From Asterionella formosa (lineage: Eukaryota), in assembly GCA_002256025.1 (NCBI GenBank), contig NKIB01013256.1, positions 1 through 61,267 of the forward strand: a stretch of DNA of 61,267 bases, written 5' to 3'. This document shows positions 24,067 through 35,740 of the stretch, piece after piece (within the stretch, counting starts at the first letter, position 1; each line of letters starts with the position of its first letter). Position numbers and translations under genes: made by a program. The notes beneath the pieces are model-generated. The model had not been told where the DNA came from. It saw only the letters and a program-made list of their open reading frames with translations, and did not search any database.

Positions 24067-25809
24067 ATGAGAATTCGCGCTGTTGTTGCTGCCAGCCTGA
24101 TTGTGCTTGCCTATCGCTTGTTGGATACCCCGGTATTAGCATCGTCTAACAAAAAGACAAATAGGAATACAAACAATTTCTTTTGGAACAAGGCGAACAA
24201 TAATAGCGCGACCACAACAACGACAAACAAATCATCAGTCTCGGACAAGGAACGCAAGCCTTTCTTTCGATGGCCTACTGACATCAACAACAATAGAACG
24301 AAGGATTCAACGAAACAACCGGATAAACTGAATAATGACTCAACCAACACAACTACTACATCGACAACGCCGGACAATAGTAGTGACAATTCGACGAATC
24401 TCGATACTACCACCTCTGACAGCACTGTAATTACAGACCAGAATAAGACAGAGAGCCAAGAAGCTCCTGCAGACATTAAGAATCAGCAACTTTCCCAACC
24501 TCCTACCTTGACTATGATGCAACAACAACCACCAGTAGGTGGTATGGTGATTTTGATGGGACCTGATCACATGAAGCAGCAGCCGCAACAACCGCAACCA
24601 CAACAATTGCCATCGTCGTCGGCAATTATTTTAGCATCCATCGCAGGCCTTATTTCCACCTCGCTTCGCATTTGGTTTTTAACCTCACTAACTCATTGGT
24701 TCTCGGACAATGATTTCAAGTCCTTGGTCAAACCAACACAGCATTTCATGTGGGAACGATTGAATGACAGATATTCAAAAGACAAAGTAGCCTTGGAAAC
24801 GGCTATCCATGCAGCACCACTAGGAATGAGAGAGCGACCATGGCAACGTCAAATGGCACGTCATGAATCCAAGGAGCGAAAATTTATGCAACAACAACAA
24901 AATGTAGCGAACAAAGTACCCACATTGTTTGAAAAGACAGTTGTGGTGGTGGATATTCGGGCTGGACCATCGGGGGAATTGGACATTGTGCATCTGTCCG
25001 AAGTGATTACCTTTTTACTCTCCCAACATCGTCAACGTGCCTTTGGTAGTGTCAATGGGACATCCAAGCCACTGGAAGTGGTTATGACTGTAGAATCTCC
25101 TGGTGGCGCTGTGACTCATTTTGGATTAGCCGCAGCTCAAGTAGGACGCCTTCGAAGAGAAGAGGGCATCACTTCCACTTTGATTGCGGATTCAGTTATT
25201 GCTAGTGGAGGGTACATGGTGGCTTGTCAAGCAGACAAATTGTTGGCAGCTCCATTTGCAATTGTGGGAAGCATTGGGGTCATTCGAGAATCATACAGCA
25301 TCCACAACATGCTACAGAAATTTGGAATCGAACCTGTAAGTCTCAAGGCGGGAGAAGACAAGGCTCCTCTTACGCTGTTGTCAGAGGTGACAAAGAAAGA
25401 CGTTGAGAAAACTCAACAAAGTCTCGATAAAATGCACATGTCCTTCAAAGAACTCGTTGTCGCTGGCCGACCAATGTTGGCAGAAACCTTTGAAGATGTT
25501 TGTCAAGGGGCAATCTACTTGGGAGAAGAAGCCAAAGCACTACATCTCATTGATGGGGTCATGACATCGGAAGAATACATTTTAGAACGAATTCAAGCAG
25601 GGGACCGAGTTTTGAAATTACATCGTGTGCCAAGTTTTATCAAGCAGCGACGACACTTTCTGAAGGATCTGAATCCATTAGATTTTATTCGAGGGCAAGG
25701 ATTTGCGTGGTTGCGTGGTCAAGACCTTTCTCAGCTTGTTTCAAAGGTTCTTCAAACTACCACGGTCCTGCGGTTCGTGCAGCATTTGCTGCGTCATCGA
25801 GAGGGTTAA
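24067..25809 (+). CDS. Peptidase S49 (SohB/SppA-like) with a low-complexity N-terminal extension
   Basis: Motifs VESPGGAV..GLAAAQ, ASGGYMVAC, APFAIVGSIGV, KAGEDK and GAIYLGEEA...LID. The likely start is MRIRAVVAASLIVL (signal-like) at 24067. Confidence 0.9.
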   Translation: MRIRAVVAASLIVLAYRLLDTPVLASSNKKTNRNTNNFFWNKANNNSATTTTTNKSSVSDKERKPFFRWPTDINNNRTKDSTKQPDKLNNDSTNTTTTSTTPDNSSDNSTNLDTTTSDSTVITDQNKTESQEAPADIKNQQLSQPPTLTMMQQQPPVGGMVILMGPDHMKQQPQQPQPQQLPSSSAIILASIAGLISTSLRIWFLTSLTHWFSDNDFKSLVKPTQHFMWERLNDRYSKDKVALETAIHAAPLGMRERPWQRQMARHESKERKFMQQQQNVANKVPTLFEKTVVVVDIRAGPSGELDIVHLSEVITFLLSQHRQRAFGSVNGTSKPLEVVMTVESPGGAVTHFGLAAAQVGRLRREEGITSTLIADSVIASGGYMVACQADKLLAAPFAIVGSIGVIRESYSIHNMLQKFGIEPVSLKAGEDKAPLTLLSEVTKKDVEKTQQSLDKMHMSFKELVVAGRPMLAETFEDVCQGAIYLGEEAKALHLIDGVMTSEEYILERIQAGDRVLKLHRVPSFIKQRRHFLKDLNPLDFIRGQGFAWLRGQDLSQLVSKVLQTTTVLRFVQHLLRHREG

Positions 25810-26118
25810 CTATCAACGACAGGGAAACGGCAGTATCGATTCATCTAGCAGCTTCCGATTTCGCGGGATCATGACCTTTTCCGATACTATTTCTCCTTTT
25901 TCGAGCAATAGTCAACGACGGACAAGTCAACAATAGAGTAAAGCACTATATAGGATTACGCATCACCCGACAAAGTTATGCAAAATTGACGCAACAAATT
26001 AGAGCTGTATGATATCCCGGTGTTGAATAACTTGTTGAAGCTGCTACTCATCTGTATTGCAGAAATGGATGTAGGCTTACCAACCGTTATATTCTAATGG
26101 CCATTGAGAGTGGTACTA

Positions 26119-28363
26119 TCATTTTGCTCGAATCATTGCGAGAGCAAGTTCTTCTTGGGCCTCCACGTTGACTTCGTCGCCACTGTCACTGCTACTTTCG
26201 TCATCGGACGAGACTTCGTCACTTGAGACATCCTCGTCGGCATCTAGGGTCACGACGGCTTCGCCTTCCTCACCACGGGTGCCCTTCTCCTTTATTCTCT
26301 TCTTACGGTGTTTCTCACGGATACGGTCCTTCTCTTCTGCGAGATCAGTAGCCATGGTCGACTGCAGTCGTTCACGAACCTTTCGCATGTAGTCCGCATT
26401 CGCTGCTTCCAAATCGTCCACCTTAGTATCCCGTTCCACACTTTCCAGAACTGTCCTTTCTGCCTCTTCACCTCCATCTTCGTCAAAGACAATGCGTGTA
26501 TTGACTCCATTGGTTCCGTCAATACGAATTTTCTTTGATTTTCGAGACCTAGTAACAGCGTTGACATCAACGTCGGGCAGGGCTTCGTCGTCGTCAAACT
26601 CATGCTTCTTTTTTACCACAAGCAATTCATCTTCTTCCTCGTCGTCTCTAGAGCGTTTCGTGGGTTCAATAATTGGCCTGTCGCCTAACTTTTCAATCCT
26701 CCTCGCAAGCTTTTCGGCCTTGATTTGATCCTTCAACTTGCTCAGCTTGTGATTGACATTCTTTTGACTTCGAAGGGCTTCACGACTGGCATTTTTGATG
26801 AACTTGACATTAGGGGTGGATGCCAATCCAAGACTTGATGCGTATTCATCCAAAGGGAGATCGCTAACCGAAAATATGTCCTTGTTGGGCATCAGATAGA
26901 TTGACCTTACGTAAGATTTGAATGCCTTTCTGGCTAATTCATTCAACTTTGGGTTCGCCGCCACTAACGACGAGGCACGTTGTGTGACCAAGAGAGTTTT
27001 GGTAGGATTGATGGAAAGTTTCTTGATTGGAATCTTGGCATCTCGCAGCGCTGTCATGAAACCGTTTTCCTCACCTGGCGTCACCATGAGCAAAGCTTTC
27101 CCCTTGGACTTGAATCGAGCCGTCCGTCCCGCTCTGTGAATGTACATGTCCTTGTCTTCTGGGGCGTCCGCCTGCACTACCCAATCGACATTTGGAAAGT
27201 CCAGTCCACGTGCCGCAACATCGGTAGCAAACAAAATGGCATGTGGTTTGTTGAGAAAATCAAAATAAATCTTGGTTCGTTTTTCTTGGACCAATTTGCC
27301 ATGCAAAGCCATGATGGGAATGCCAGGTTGCAACGAACAGAACAATTCCCACGCATGACGGACCTGGGAGCAGGACGCCATAAAAATAATAGTCTTGTGC
27401 TTTAAATGAGATTTGGCAAAACTATAAATTGCATTCAATTTGTGCTCCAAGGGAATCACGACAAGTGATTGCTGAAGGGCCTCTGGCGTGGATGTTTTTT
27501 CATTGTCATGAACGCCAAGATATTCTGGTTGTTTCAAGGACAACGCTGCCAAATCGCTAACTTTTTTGGTTTGTGTCGCACTAAAGAGCATAGTTTGTCG
27601 TTCCTGGGGTAAGTACTCTAAAATGCGCATCATTTGTTCGCGAAAACCCATATCGAGGATGCGATCGGCTTCGTCCAAGACCAACACTTGCAATTGCGAC
27701 GTATCTAGATCTGGCGTTTGTTCCAAATGTTGCAAGAGTCTTCCAGGAGTGGCAATAATTACATTTGTTTTTCCTACATGACGTTGCTCTAGATGAAATT
27801 CTTTCTTTCCGCCCACCAAAAGCCCCGCCGTGAACGAATGATAGGCTCCAACTTCACGGAGGACATCAAAGATTTGGACAGCCAATTCACGAGTGGGAGA
27901 CAAAACGATGGCTCCAGCCCCGTCTGACGGTGAAAATCTGTTTCTATACAGTCTCTCCAACAAAGGAATCAAAAATGCCAGCGTCTTTCCGCTGAGAAAA
28001 ACAAGTAACGACATGAATGGTTAGGATCAAAAACTATCTGATGCCATACAAATCACTGGAATACACCTTAAAATCGTACCTTCCAGTTCTCGCTGCTCCA
28101 AGTATGTCCTTACCTCCCAAAGCATGAGGAATGCACGCATGCTGGATGGCGGTCATGGACTGAAAGGTCTTTTTTGCATTTTCAAGTCCTCGAAGAGTAT
28201 TCTCAGAAATGGGAAGTGTCCGAAAGGAAACTTGCTGGTGCAAAGGAGGCGTGAAGCCTCGACTCGGAGTTTCTTGCTGAATCCTTTCATTCAGCGTCTT
28301 GATCTCTTGCGAGCTATCATCGAATGAAGCCTGTTGGGTCCTTCGTTTGCTGGGTTTCGCCAT
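26119..28363 (-). CDS. DDX10: DEAD-box RNA helicase DDX10/DBP4, 2 exons
   Basis: An intron at 28079-27992 restores GAARTGSGKT. Also SPTRELA, TPGRLLQH, LDEADRILDMGF, SAT, ARGLDFP, YIHRAGRTARF and the AFKSYVRS C-terminal extension. Confidence 0.93.
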
Positions 28364-30119
28364 GGTGAACAGAACAAAAAAAAGCGGGCGATGATCCTGC
28401 TGATGTTACAGGTTGGTGACTATATTATACAAATACTGGTACCGGTATAGATGTGTAGAGAAATCATTGACAGTACCTGGTAGTCTAGTCTACCGGTTCA
28501 TGTACCGGTACTCAAACAAAAAGGATTGCACCATCAAGTGCACACTGTTTGTACGGTGCACGGCTACTTATTTCGGGCTGTCCTCTTACCACGACACGAA
28601 AGAAACAACAGACATCAAAATATTGGTGGAGAGGAGAAATACTGACGTCTGGCCGCCGAAATGATGGGGATGATTCCTCCTATCTATAAAACATCTACTA
28701 TACTTGAGTACGGTAATATACAGAGGAAAAGATATTTCGTCCCCCTAACCCTAAACCTTATCTCCAGATGCTACCATGGATTTTTTGGAAGAATATACAA
28801 TTGGTACCAGATGTCAAAGGGAGTGACATTGTTCACATCAGTCAAAATGGGAGATGTACTAGCTGGCAGATCTAAAAGAGAAGTAACAAAAGGAGCATGG
28901 CGGAAGGAGCAACAAAAAGCAAACAAAGCATGGCTGTTGAAAATACCCTGATGATAATGATCATCTCCAAGCAAAACTCATTTTCGATGTGCTCAGATTG
29001 AGGAAAGTGATTACACAGAACCAGCTTGGTACAGGGTTATAGGTTGTCCAAGCACAATGCATTTGAATTATGTATAGTGCATAGTATGCACTTGTAGTAC
29101 TTACAAAAGGTTTTCTTATATACATACGTAGTTCGACCCATTCGTATGTAGGTGTATGTATGCATAAATGAAATCATTTTTCTTTAAGAGCAAGAAATGG
29201 CTGATCAGACTACCAGTATGTACGACTTCTAGGCAAAAGGCAGACAATCTTAATTATTACATCGGCTGTGACGAATGAAAGAACACAAAAATCCATCCTG
29301 TGAAATCAAATCTATACTTTTGTATAAATACATAAAGATGGCATCCGTTCCAAAATCCCCGATTTAATTACCCGTTCACGGACAATTGTACCAAGATCAA
29401 AAAAAGGAAGCTTAATTGCCGTCGCAGCTCTCGTCCGCTGAAAACGCGTAAAAAGAAAACAAGCGCAAGAGGTTCCCCCATGTGGTCATAATTATGGGAA
29501 GAAAGAAACAAATAATGGTGTGGTTGAAGGTCACTGCCAGCATGGACGACAAGCGCATCAGTCTATCAGAAGTTGATTCCCAAATCCCACTGGTGTATAA
29601 TTTGCCAAAGCTTCCAGCAGTCCGTCGATTCGATGTAACAAGGTTTGAATCATCATCAAACAACACACCAGTGCAGCAATCGTAATCCGTTAGAAATCGC
29701 AGAGCATCGTGTCATCCTGTTCCGAAGGTAGACAATCGAGGCATGCCGCCCGGGATGTGGATGCAATGAGAATTACCAACGAATTCTTCACCGTGAAGGA
29801 CAGGAGAAAAAACGGTCAAGTTGCAATGTCTGATTAGGAGTGCAACATCGCTTGAACAAGTGAATATTTAGAAGACTGGGGGATCTGCGAATCTTTTTCG
29901 TGAAAGCTACATTCTGTTACATAAGCAAGAAATTGACTTTTGTGTCAGAAAAGTATACATTTTGCAATCTAGAAGGTGTTGTTGTATCATTTCCTGCTGA
30001 GTGGGGTACAAAAGTCTCAGTGCCACGACCACATAACATAAAGCTAGGATAACTAGCGCCAAATCTTCATCTTTAGTCGATTGCACATCTATGGGCTAAT
30101 ATCGCAGGGCTCAACTATA

Positions 30120-31142
30120 CTACTCGCTCATCTTGATGACAACTCGGAATCGACATTTGCCACTGCACATGTAATCGTAGGCTTCCTGGGCCTTTTCGAA
30201 AGGAAAGACTTCATTGATACTTTCAACTCCAGTCAGTTCCGCAAATCTGCAGGTATCTTCGCTGTCAGTAGCGGTACCCGAAGCCCATCCACAAATGCCA
30301 CTTTTCTTCCCGATCAGTTGAAAGGGACTAACAGGAAATGATGCTGCATCCGCTCATACAATCATGAGCCTTCCATTTGTACCTAGACCATTGATCAAAT
30401 CTCCCATGGATTCCGCGTTGGGCGATGTAGTCACGATAAGGGAAGCACCACCAAGGGCACGGAGCTGGTCCGATGCTGGCGTTTCGGACACATCAATATA
30501 ATGGTCCGCACCGAGCTTAATTGCAAGCTCCTTCTTGCTGTCAGAAGTAGATATAGCGACAACTCTATATCCCATTTTCTTGGCGAACTGAATACCAAGA
30601 TGTCCGAGGCCACCAATGCCATGAATCGCAACAAGGTCGCCAGGGTGCAGATGGGTCTGATGGCGGATACCATTGAACATTGTTACACCGGCGCAAAGAA
30701 GTGGAGCAGCAATGACTGGGTCGAGATCAGCTGGCATTTCTGCAATTCCTGTCCAATGAGCAAGCATGTACTCTTGGTATCCCCCATCGAGAGTAAGTCC
30801 AGTTGTCATATGGGCAGGACAAGCCATAAAATCTCCCTTGCGGCAGGAAGCACAGAAAAGGCAGTGCCCTCCGTGCCATCCAACACCGACGTAGGCTCCT
30901 ACGGCAGGCCACTTGACACCAGATCCAACTGCAACAACATGCCCTACGACTTCGTGGCCAGGTACACGAGGATACTGAACAGGCATAATGTTATGCACAG
31001 CGACTTTATCACCGAGGCAGACGCCACAGGCAGCCACTTTAATCAGCACTTGGTCATCTGCCGGGGTTGGGATCTCTCTCTCCTCAAAGGACAACTTGCT
31101 GTGGGCTTCTTTGAGAACAGCACACTTGTATGTATCAGGCAT
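30120..31142 (-). pseudogene. Zn-dependent alcohol dehydrogenase (MDR family) with a single in-frame TGA at 30356-30354
   Basis: Motifs CGVC, PGHE, CxxCxxCx7C, LLCAG and GIGGLGH. Past the TGA the same frame continues ADAASFPVSPFQLI...GWASGTATDSEDT..FA...EVFPFEKAQEAYDYM.SGK.RFRVVI to TAG at 30120, giving 340 codons in total. Confidence 0.85.
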
Positions 31143-31780
31143 GATAGACTTTCCAGATGGTGGTGCTTCGTCACAGAAGGCAAGGAGGTTAATGTGATTG
31201 TATCCTTGTCAATTGATAAGATGAGGAAATCATGATCTACATAGGATAGAGACACCCTGATGGTGCAACAGGCGGACTGCCGCCTTCGTATGTCATGTAT
31301 GTACGAATTCTCATGATGATACCAGAGGTACCAGGTACCATCAGCCAGAAATAATCGGAAGTGACTACAGAACACATTCGAAAACGAATGCCGGTTTGCA
31401 CCGGTATATATCTTCTCGATATGCTTACCGGTATGTATGTAAAGCGTATGCATTACTTCGAATTTGTTCATCATTGTTACCGGTAAGTACCGGCATGCTG
31501 AATTCGCGCGTAAAATTACAAAATGATAACTTCATCAAGTCGACCATATGCTCCGTCACATCAGTCAGCATTTAAGTATCTTTCTGACCTCTACGAGCTT
31601 ACAGACTTTAAACCGCTAATGCCCAACATAGCTTTTTGTAATAAACAATCATCAATTCATAAAAATAAATTTAAAATATTCGTTATTTCAACATTAATTA
31701 ATTGTTTGTTTGTACATGTACCCGTAATTTTCTATCCCAGATATTTTCCTCTATGGGTACATGATGGCTGGCTTGATCGC

Positions 31781-33220
31781 TCAAACAATTTTCGCAATGG
31801 GAGTTCTTCGCCATTGTACCGGCTTTCGGTGCTTGCTCCTTTCATATAGGAAACCATCATTGATATGAATAGTGCTGATTTCTTCATCGTCTGGCCAATC
31901 ATTATCTTGCTCCATTGGATGGTTCCTTCCGCAGCAGCACAGTAACCAACTAATCCAAGACAAAATTGAAAGCCAAGCCAAACACTTCTTGGGGAGACAG
32001 CACCCGCAGCAAGTACCCAAACATTGCAGAAAGTTTTCGTACAATGTCAAAGCCGAAGCCAGAATAACAATCCACCAGATAAACGTGACAATATTCACGC
32101 TAGTATCCACACCAAACCGTCTCAATGCCTTCTCTATGAAATTGGGCTTGGCTTTATCTTCTGCTCCAATTATCTGCTCTGATGCTGGAACGTAGACACG
32201 AGCCCTTAGCGCGAAGCACCCATTTCTAACAGACGAAACATTGTTGCCGAATGTAACATGCTCGGCCTCCACAAGGCAGTCTCCATCTTGGCCATCAAAT
32301 ATTTCAATAGTGATATAGTCATCATTGTCGCCATAATAGGGCGAATACACCATCCCGTTCAAGAGCTTGTTGACATCGTCAGGCTGGGCAACAAATGTCA
32401 TGTTTCGATCTGATCTCCCACGGCCTCTACATTTCCAGTTGGAATATTCCTTGTAGGCATATCGTGAAGCGCAGTCGTTAAAATCAGCAAGCTCGATAAA
32501 TTCTTCATTCAAATACAACGAGCCGTTGTTCGCCCACATGGTAACTCGGACCTTGTCGACATTCATGTCAATATCTTGTAGTCTAAAGTTATTAATAGTA
32601 AACATGCGAGTGGAACCCACGGTGCTTTGTCCTTCGATTGGAGTAGCTAGCTTTGGCGTTGACAAGGTTGGCTTGTCGTTGACATTCAAAACGAAAATGT
32701 GCTGTACAATGCTCTTCGAGATGTTGAATATTTCCCTCGTTTTCCGATCAACGGCTAGAATGCGATACGTAAAGGACTCTGGGTGGACGCCAGGAATGTT
32801 CTCCCCTTTGGAATTAGTCGAAGGAATATTGAAGTACTCATCATCAAATGCCTTGTATTGCATATTCACGTAGCCGCCAGTTCCATTTCCAGACCCAGCG
32901 AGTATGGTGTGATTGGTGAGAGGCAATCCCCCCAGATAGGCCAGGAAAAGGTCGCCTTGAGTCGGAACGCTGAGAATTTGAATGGCCGTTTTCCAGGAAT
33001 CATTGGATGGTTGAGATGGAATACCAATGGAGAATGTGGTCTTTCCGGTCATGCCTTGGATAAGGGTCAAATTTTTAATGGGATTACCGACCAATCCAGT
33101 CATGTCGACGAACTTATCAAGGCTGTCAGAAGCGGAGAGATGTCGATCAATAGGGCCATTGTCGAGATTGTTGCTATGACTCAAGAGTAACGGAGCTAAA
33201 GCAGCAGTCAAGTTCCACAT
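31781..33220 (-). CDS. Single-pass cell-surface protein with a cadherin/Ig-like beta domain
   Basis: Signal-like N-terminus MWNLTAALAPLLL, ESFTYRI..VD and VLNVNDKP (cadherin-type linker). A TM segment IVTFIWWIVILASAL is followed by a Cys-rich juxtamembrane stretch. Confidence 0.7.
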   Translation of the reverse strand: MWNLTAALAPLLLSHSNNLDNGPIDRHLSASDSLDKFVDMTGLVGNPIKNLTLIQGMTGKTTFSIGIPSQPSNDSWKTAIQILSVPTQGDLFLAYLGGLPLTNHTILAGSGNGTGGYVNMQYKAFDDEYFNIPSTNSKGENIPGVHPESFTYRILAVDRKTREIFNISKSIVQHIFVLNVNDKPTLSTPKLATPIEGQSTVGSTRMFTINNFRLQDIDMNVDKVRVTMWANNGSLYLNEEFIELADFNDCASRYAYKEYSNWKCRGRGRSDRNMTFVAQPDDVNKLLNGMVYSPYYGDNDDYITIEIFDGQDGDCLVEAEHVTFGNNVSSVRNGCFALRARVYVPASEQIIGAEDKAKPNFIEKALRRFGVDTSVNIVTFIWWIVILASALTLYENFLQCLGTCCGCCLPKKCLAWLSILSWISWLLCCCGRNHPMEQDNDWPDDEEISTIHINDGFLYERSKHRKPVQWRRTPIAKIV

Positions 33221-34429
33221 ATTGAATGTCGTAAAGTTTGGACGTGAAAGATATGATCTTCTTTTCACCTGTGTTGCCTATCATGTTGACGGCAGTTATC
33301 ATAAAACAAAACTCGTGACAGCGATTTGTGGTGACAGACTGGAATTTTGTTCCAGTCCATCACCATTTTGTCAAACGTCGTACTCGGATTATATTTTAGT
33401 CGTCAGAAATCTTTATTTATCATAGTGTTATATGTTAATGAAGATGAATGAAAATATTGAATGGTATACAACCTATAGTATAATGGTGTTGATTTTATAG
33501 TACCATTTTTATACAGATATTGATAGATACAGGATCCATTAATTCGATATTAAAAATTTTGGATGTACGACGTAAAAATGTGAAAGAAAGCAGACATTCA
33601 GGGTCATTTCCTCAAGACTGATAAAATAAAATTTTCCCGATGAAGTTTCTGATAAAACATGTTATGACATAAGACGCTTTATCACATTTGCCTGTTGGTT
33701 CCCTGAGGGCACCCATTCTTATCATGAACTTGTTCATAATGTGTGAATGCGTCAGTACGAGTTTTGCAGTAATTTCAAGCATTTTCATTGGATGTTGGGT
33801 TGTTGCTCAAACATTATTCTGTGATATAGGGGAGCAGCATTAATGTGAGTAAATTTACATGACAAATGTAAAAAACAGTCACATCATGTGTGTCAAGTGT
33901 CATAGAACCACAAAGCATATTGGTGGGTACAACGATACAATCCATCATCAGGATGAAGTACATTTGGAACAGCATATAAAGAATATACCCATTCAAGAAG
34001 GTATGATGGACCGCATTGATTGCCATATTAGGACTGAAATATCTAATGCTCTTGAAGCTTCTTTAGGGTGCTTGCAAGTCCAGGGCTAAGTCTTGCATGT
34101 ATCTAATATGAAACCATGTAACAACCATTTTTGAATGATTGAAACTTTCGAACCAGAACTTGATATATGTTTCTTCGTGGGGTTGCCTCGTCTACTTTAA
34201 CAATTATACCATAGAGACTTGACCATGGTTTGTGCTTCCTCTAAATCCAAGTTTCGGATTTTGGCAATTGACAACATCTGCATGGTGTTTGGTAGAGGCC
34301 ATACCAACATTACAACATTGAAAAGAGCAGGGTCATGGAAAATATAATGGGAGTAGTGTTTCCAGAGAGGCAGGAGGCAGGAATGCACCGCTTTCTTTAC
34401 CTGTTGCAGAAGCACGAGATCCATACAAA

Positions 34430-35690
34430 AACAGTTTTTTAATCAGCCGAGAAGTGAGCTGTCAGTAGTTATTCCAGGCTTGTGCTGAAGAGATGTTCAT
34501 CCCTACTTGATATTTCCTCTTTCCTATGATAGCATGCTTTGAATTTTTCGTCGTATTCCGATCAAACTATGTTACTGTACTTGCCGTTGTGGAGTGTTTC
34601 GTTTCTTTCCTGCCATGCTCCTTCCATGAAAAGCCAGATTTGTGTTATAGCCATTTCTATCCAAGTGTTGCATATTGTCTTTGTTGGATTGAGATCTGTC
34701 ATGGAGCTTTTTACTGCTCTTCTCCATCCCTTAATTAGGTATCCACATATCATCATTATTTGACCCATTGTGTTTTGTTGTTCTATGCATTGACTGGCAT
34801 ATTTTTTGTTGTGTCTGATGTGCCTGGCACGAAGTTAGGGTGAAAGAGCTCCTTAGTGCAGGATATGAGGCACTTAACATATTCCAGCCACCCAGACTGC
34901 TTGTGTGACTGTTTGACGACCTTTTGAGTTCTGTATCTTTGATGCCATTACTGAGATTCTGAGTCCTCTGTTGTAAGTACTTTTTGGATGTGTGCACATT
35001 ATCAAATGTTTATTTGTTTCGATTTCACCACATTGAGGGCAGGACTTGAGCCCTTGTTGCATTATGTTCCATTCACTCTCCTGTCGGGCGTCATCTGTTA
35101 TCATTTTAAATGCTGATGATACTACGATATCACAGTCAACCAGTTTTCCCTATTCTGGTCACACTTCTTAACAAAGTATGCTTTTAACTATTTTTCAAAT
35201 TTGATGTGTTGTCTCATGTGCTCCACTGATTTTGTGTGTATCTGTTAGTCTTGTATAAGTAGACTGGCTTGCATGGTTGGTAAGTGGAGTGATCTTCGCT
35301 TTGGTCCTTCTTTTGCCACTAATGTACATCTTTGTAGAAAATTGGATGCCATGATTGCATCCCCTGTGATGTTCATTTGTGCCAATAGTGGGACTTTCTC
35401 TATTGCCCTTCCTTTGATCTACCTTATTCTAACTGCAACCGGGAGTGTATCTATAATTTCTGACAGTAGGGAAACTATGTCTGCATTTGCTGGTTGTCTG
35501 CCTGTGTGCGTACATACTCCATGACAGAAACCGTATTCTTGCTATTGCCGCTGCTCTGCCTGTCTGTCCATACACTCCCAATTTTGTGTCTATCTTAATG
35601 AAGCTGAATGAAGCTAATCAAAACAGTTCTGCTCGAGTTGTTTCTGTCATAACTACTGTTTTTAGTAGTCTCATCTCGTGATTTGGTAAT
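34430..35690 (-). mobile_element. 5'-truncated non-LTR retrotransposon relic (RNase H plus C-terminal zinc finger)
   Basis: Minus-strand fragments: RAELF, ANADIV..I..LP.....IKG and LAQMNITGDA (RNase H-like), then CPQCGEIETNKHLIMC, GYLIKGW and W....W..RNETLH. Confidence 0.7.
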
Positions 35691-35740
35691 TCCAGAATGT
35701 GACTTGATGGCGCAGAACCTCTCTATACATAAAACAGAGA

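Noticed and set aside
30501..31235. 244-aa plus-strand ORF
   Set aside because: It is antisense to the ADH, and long antisense ORFs are common opposite dehydrogenase genes.
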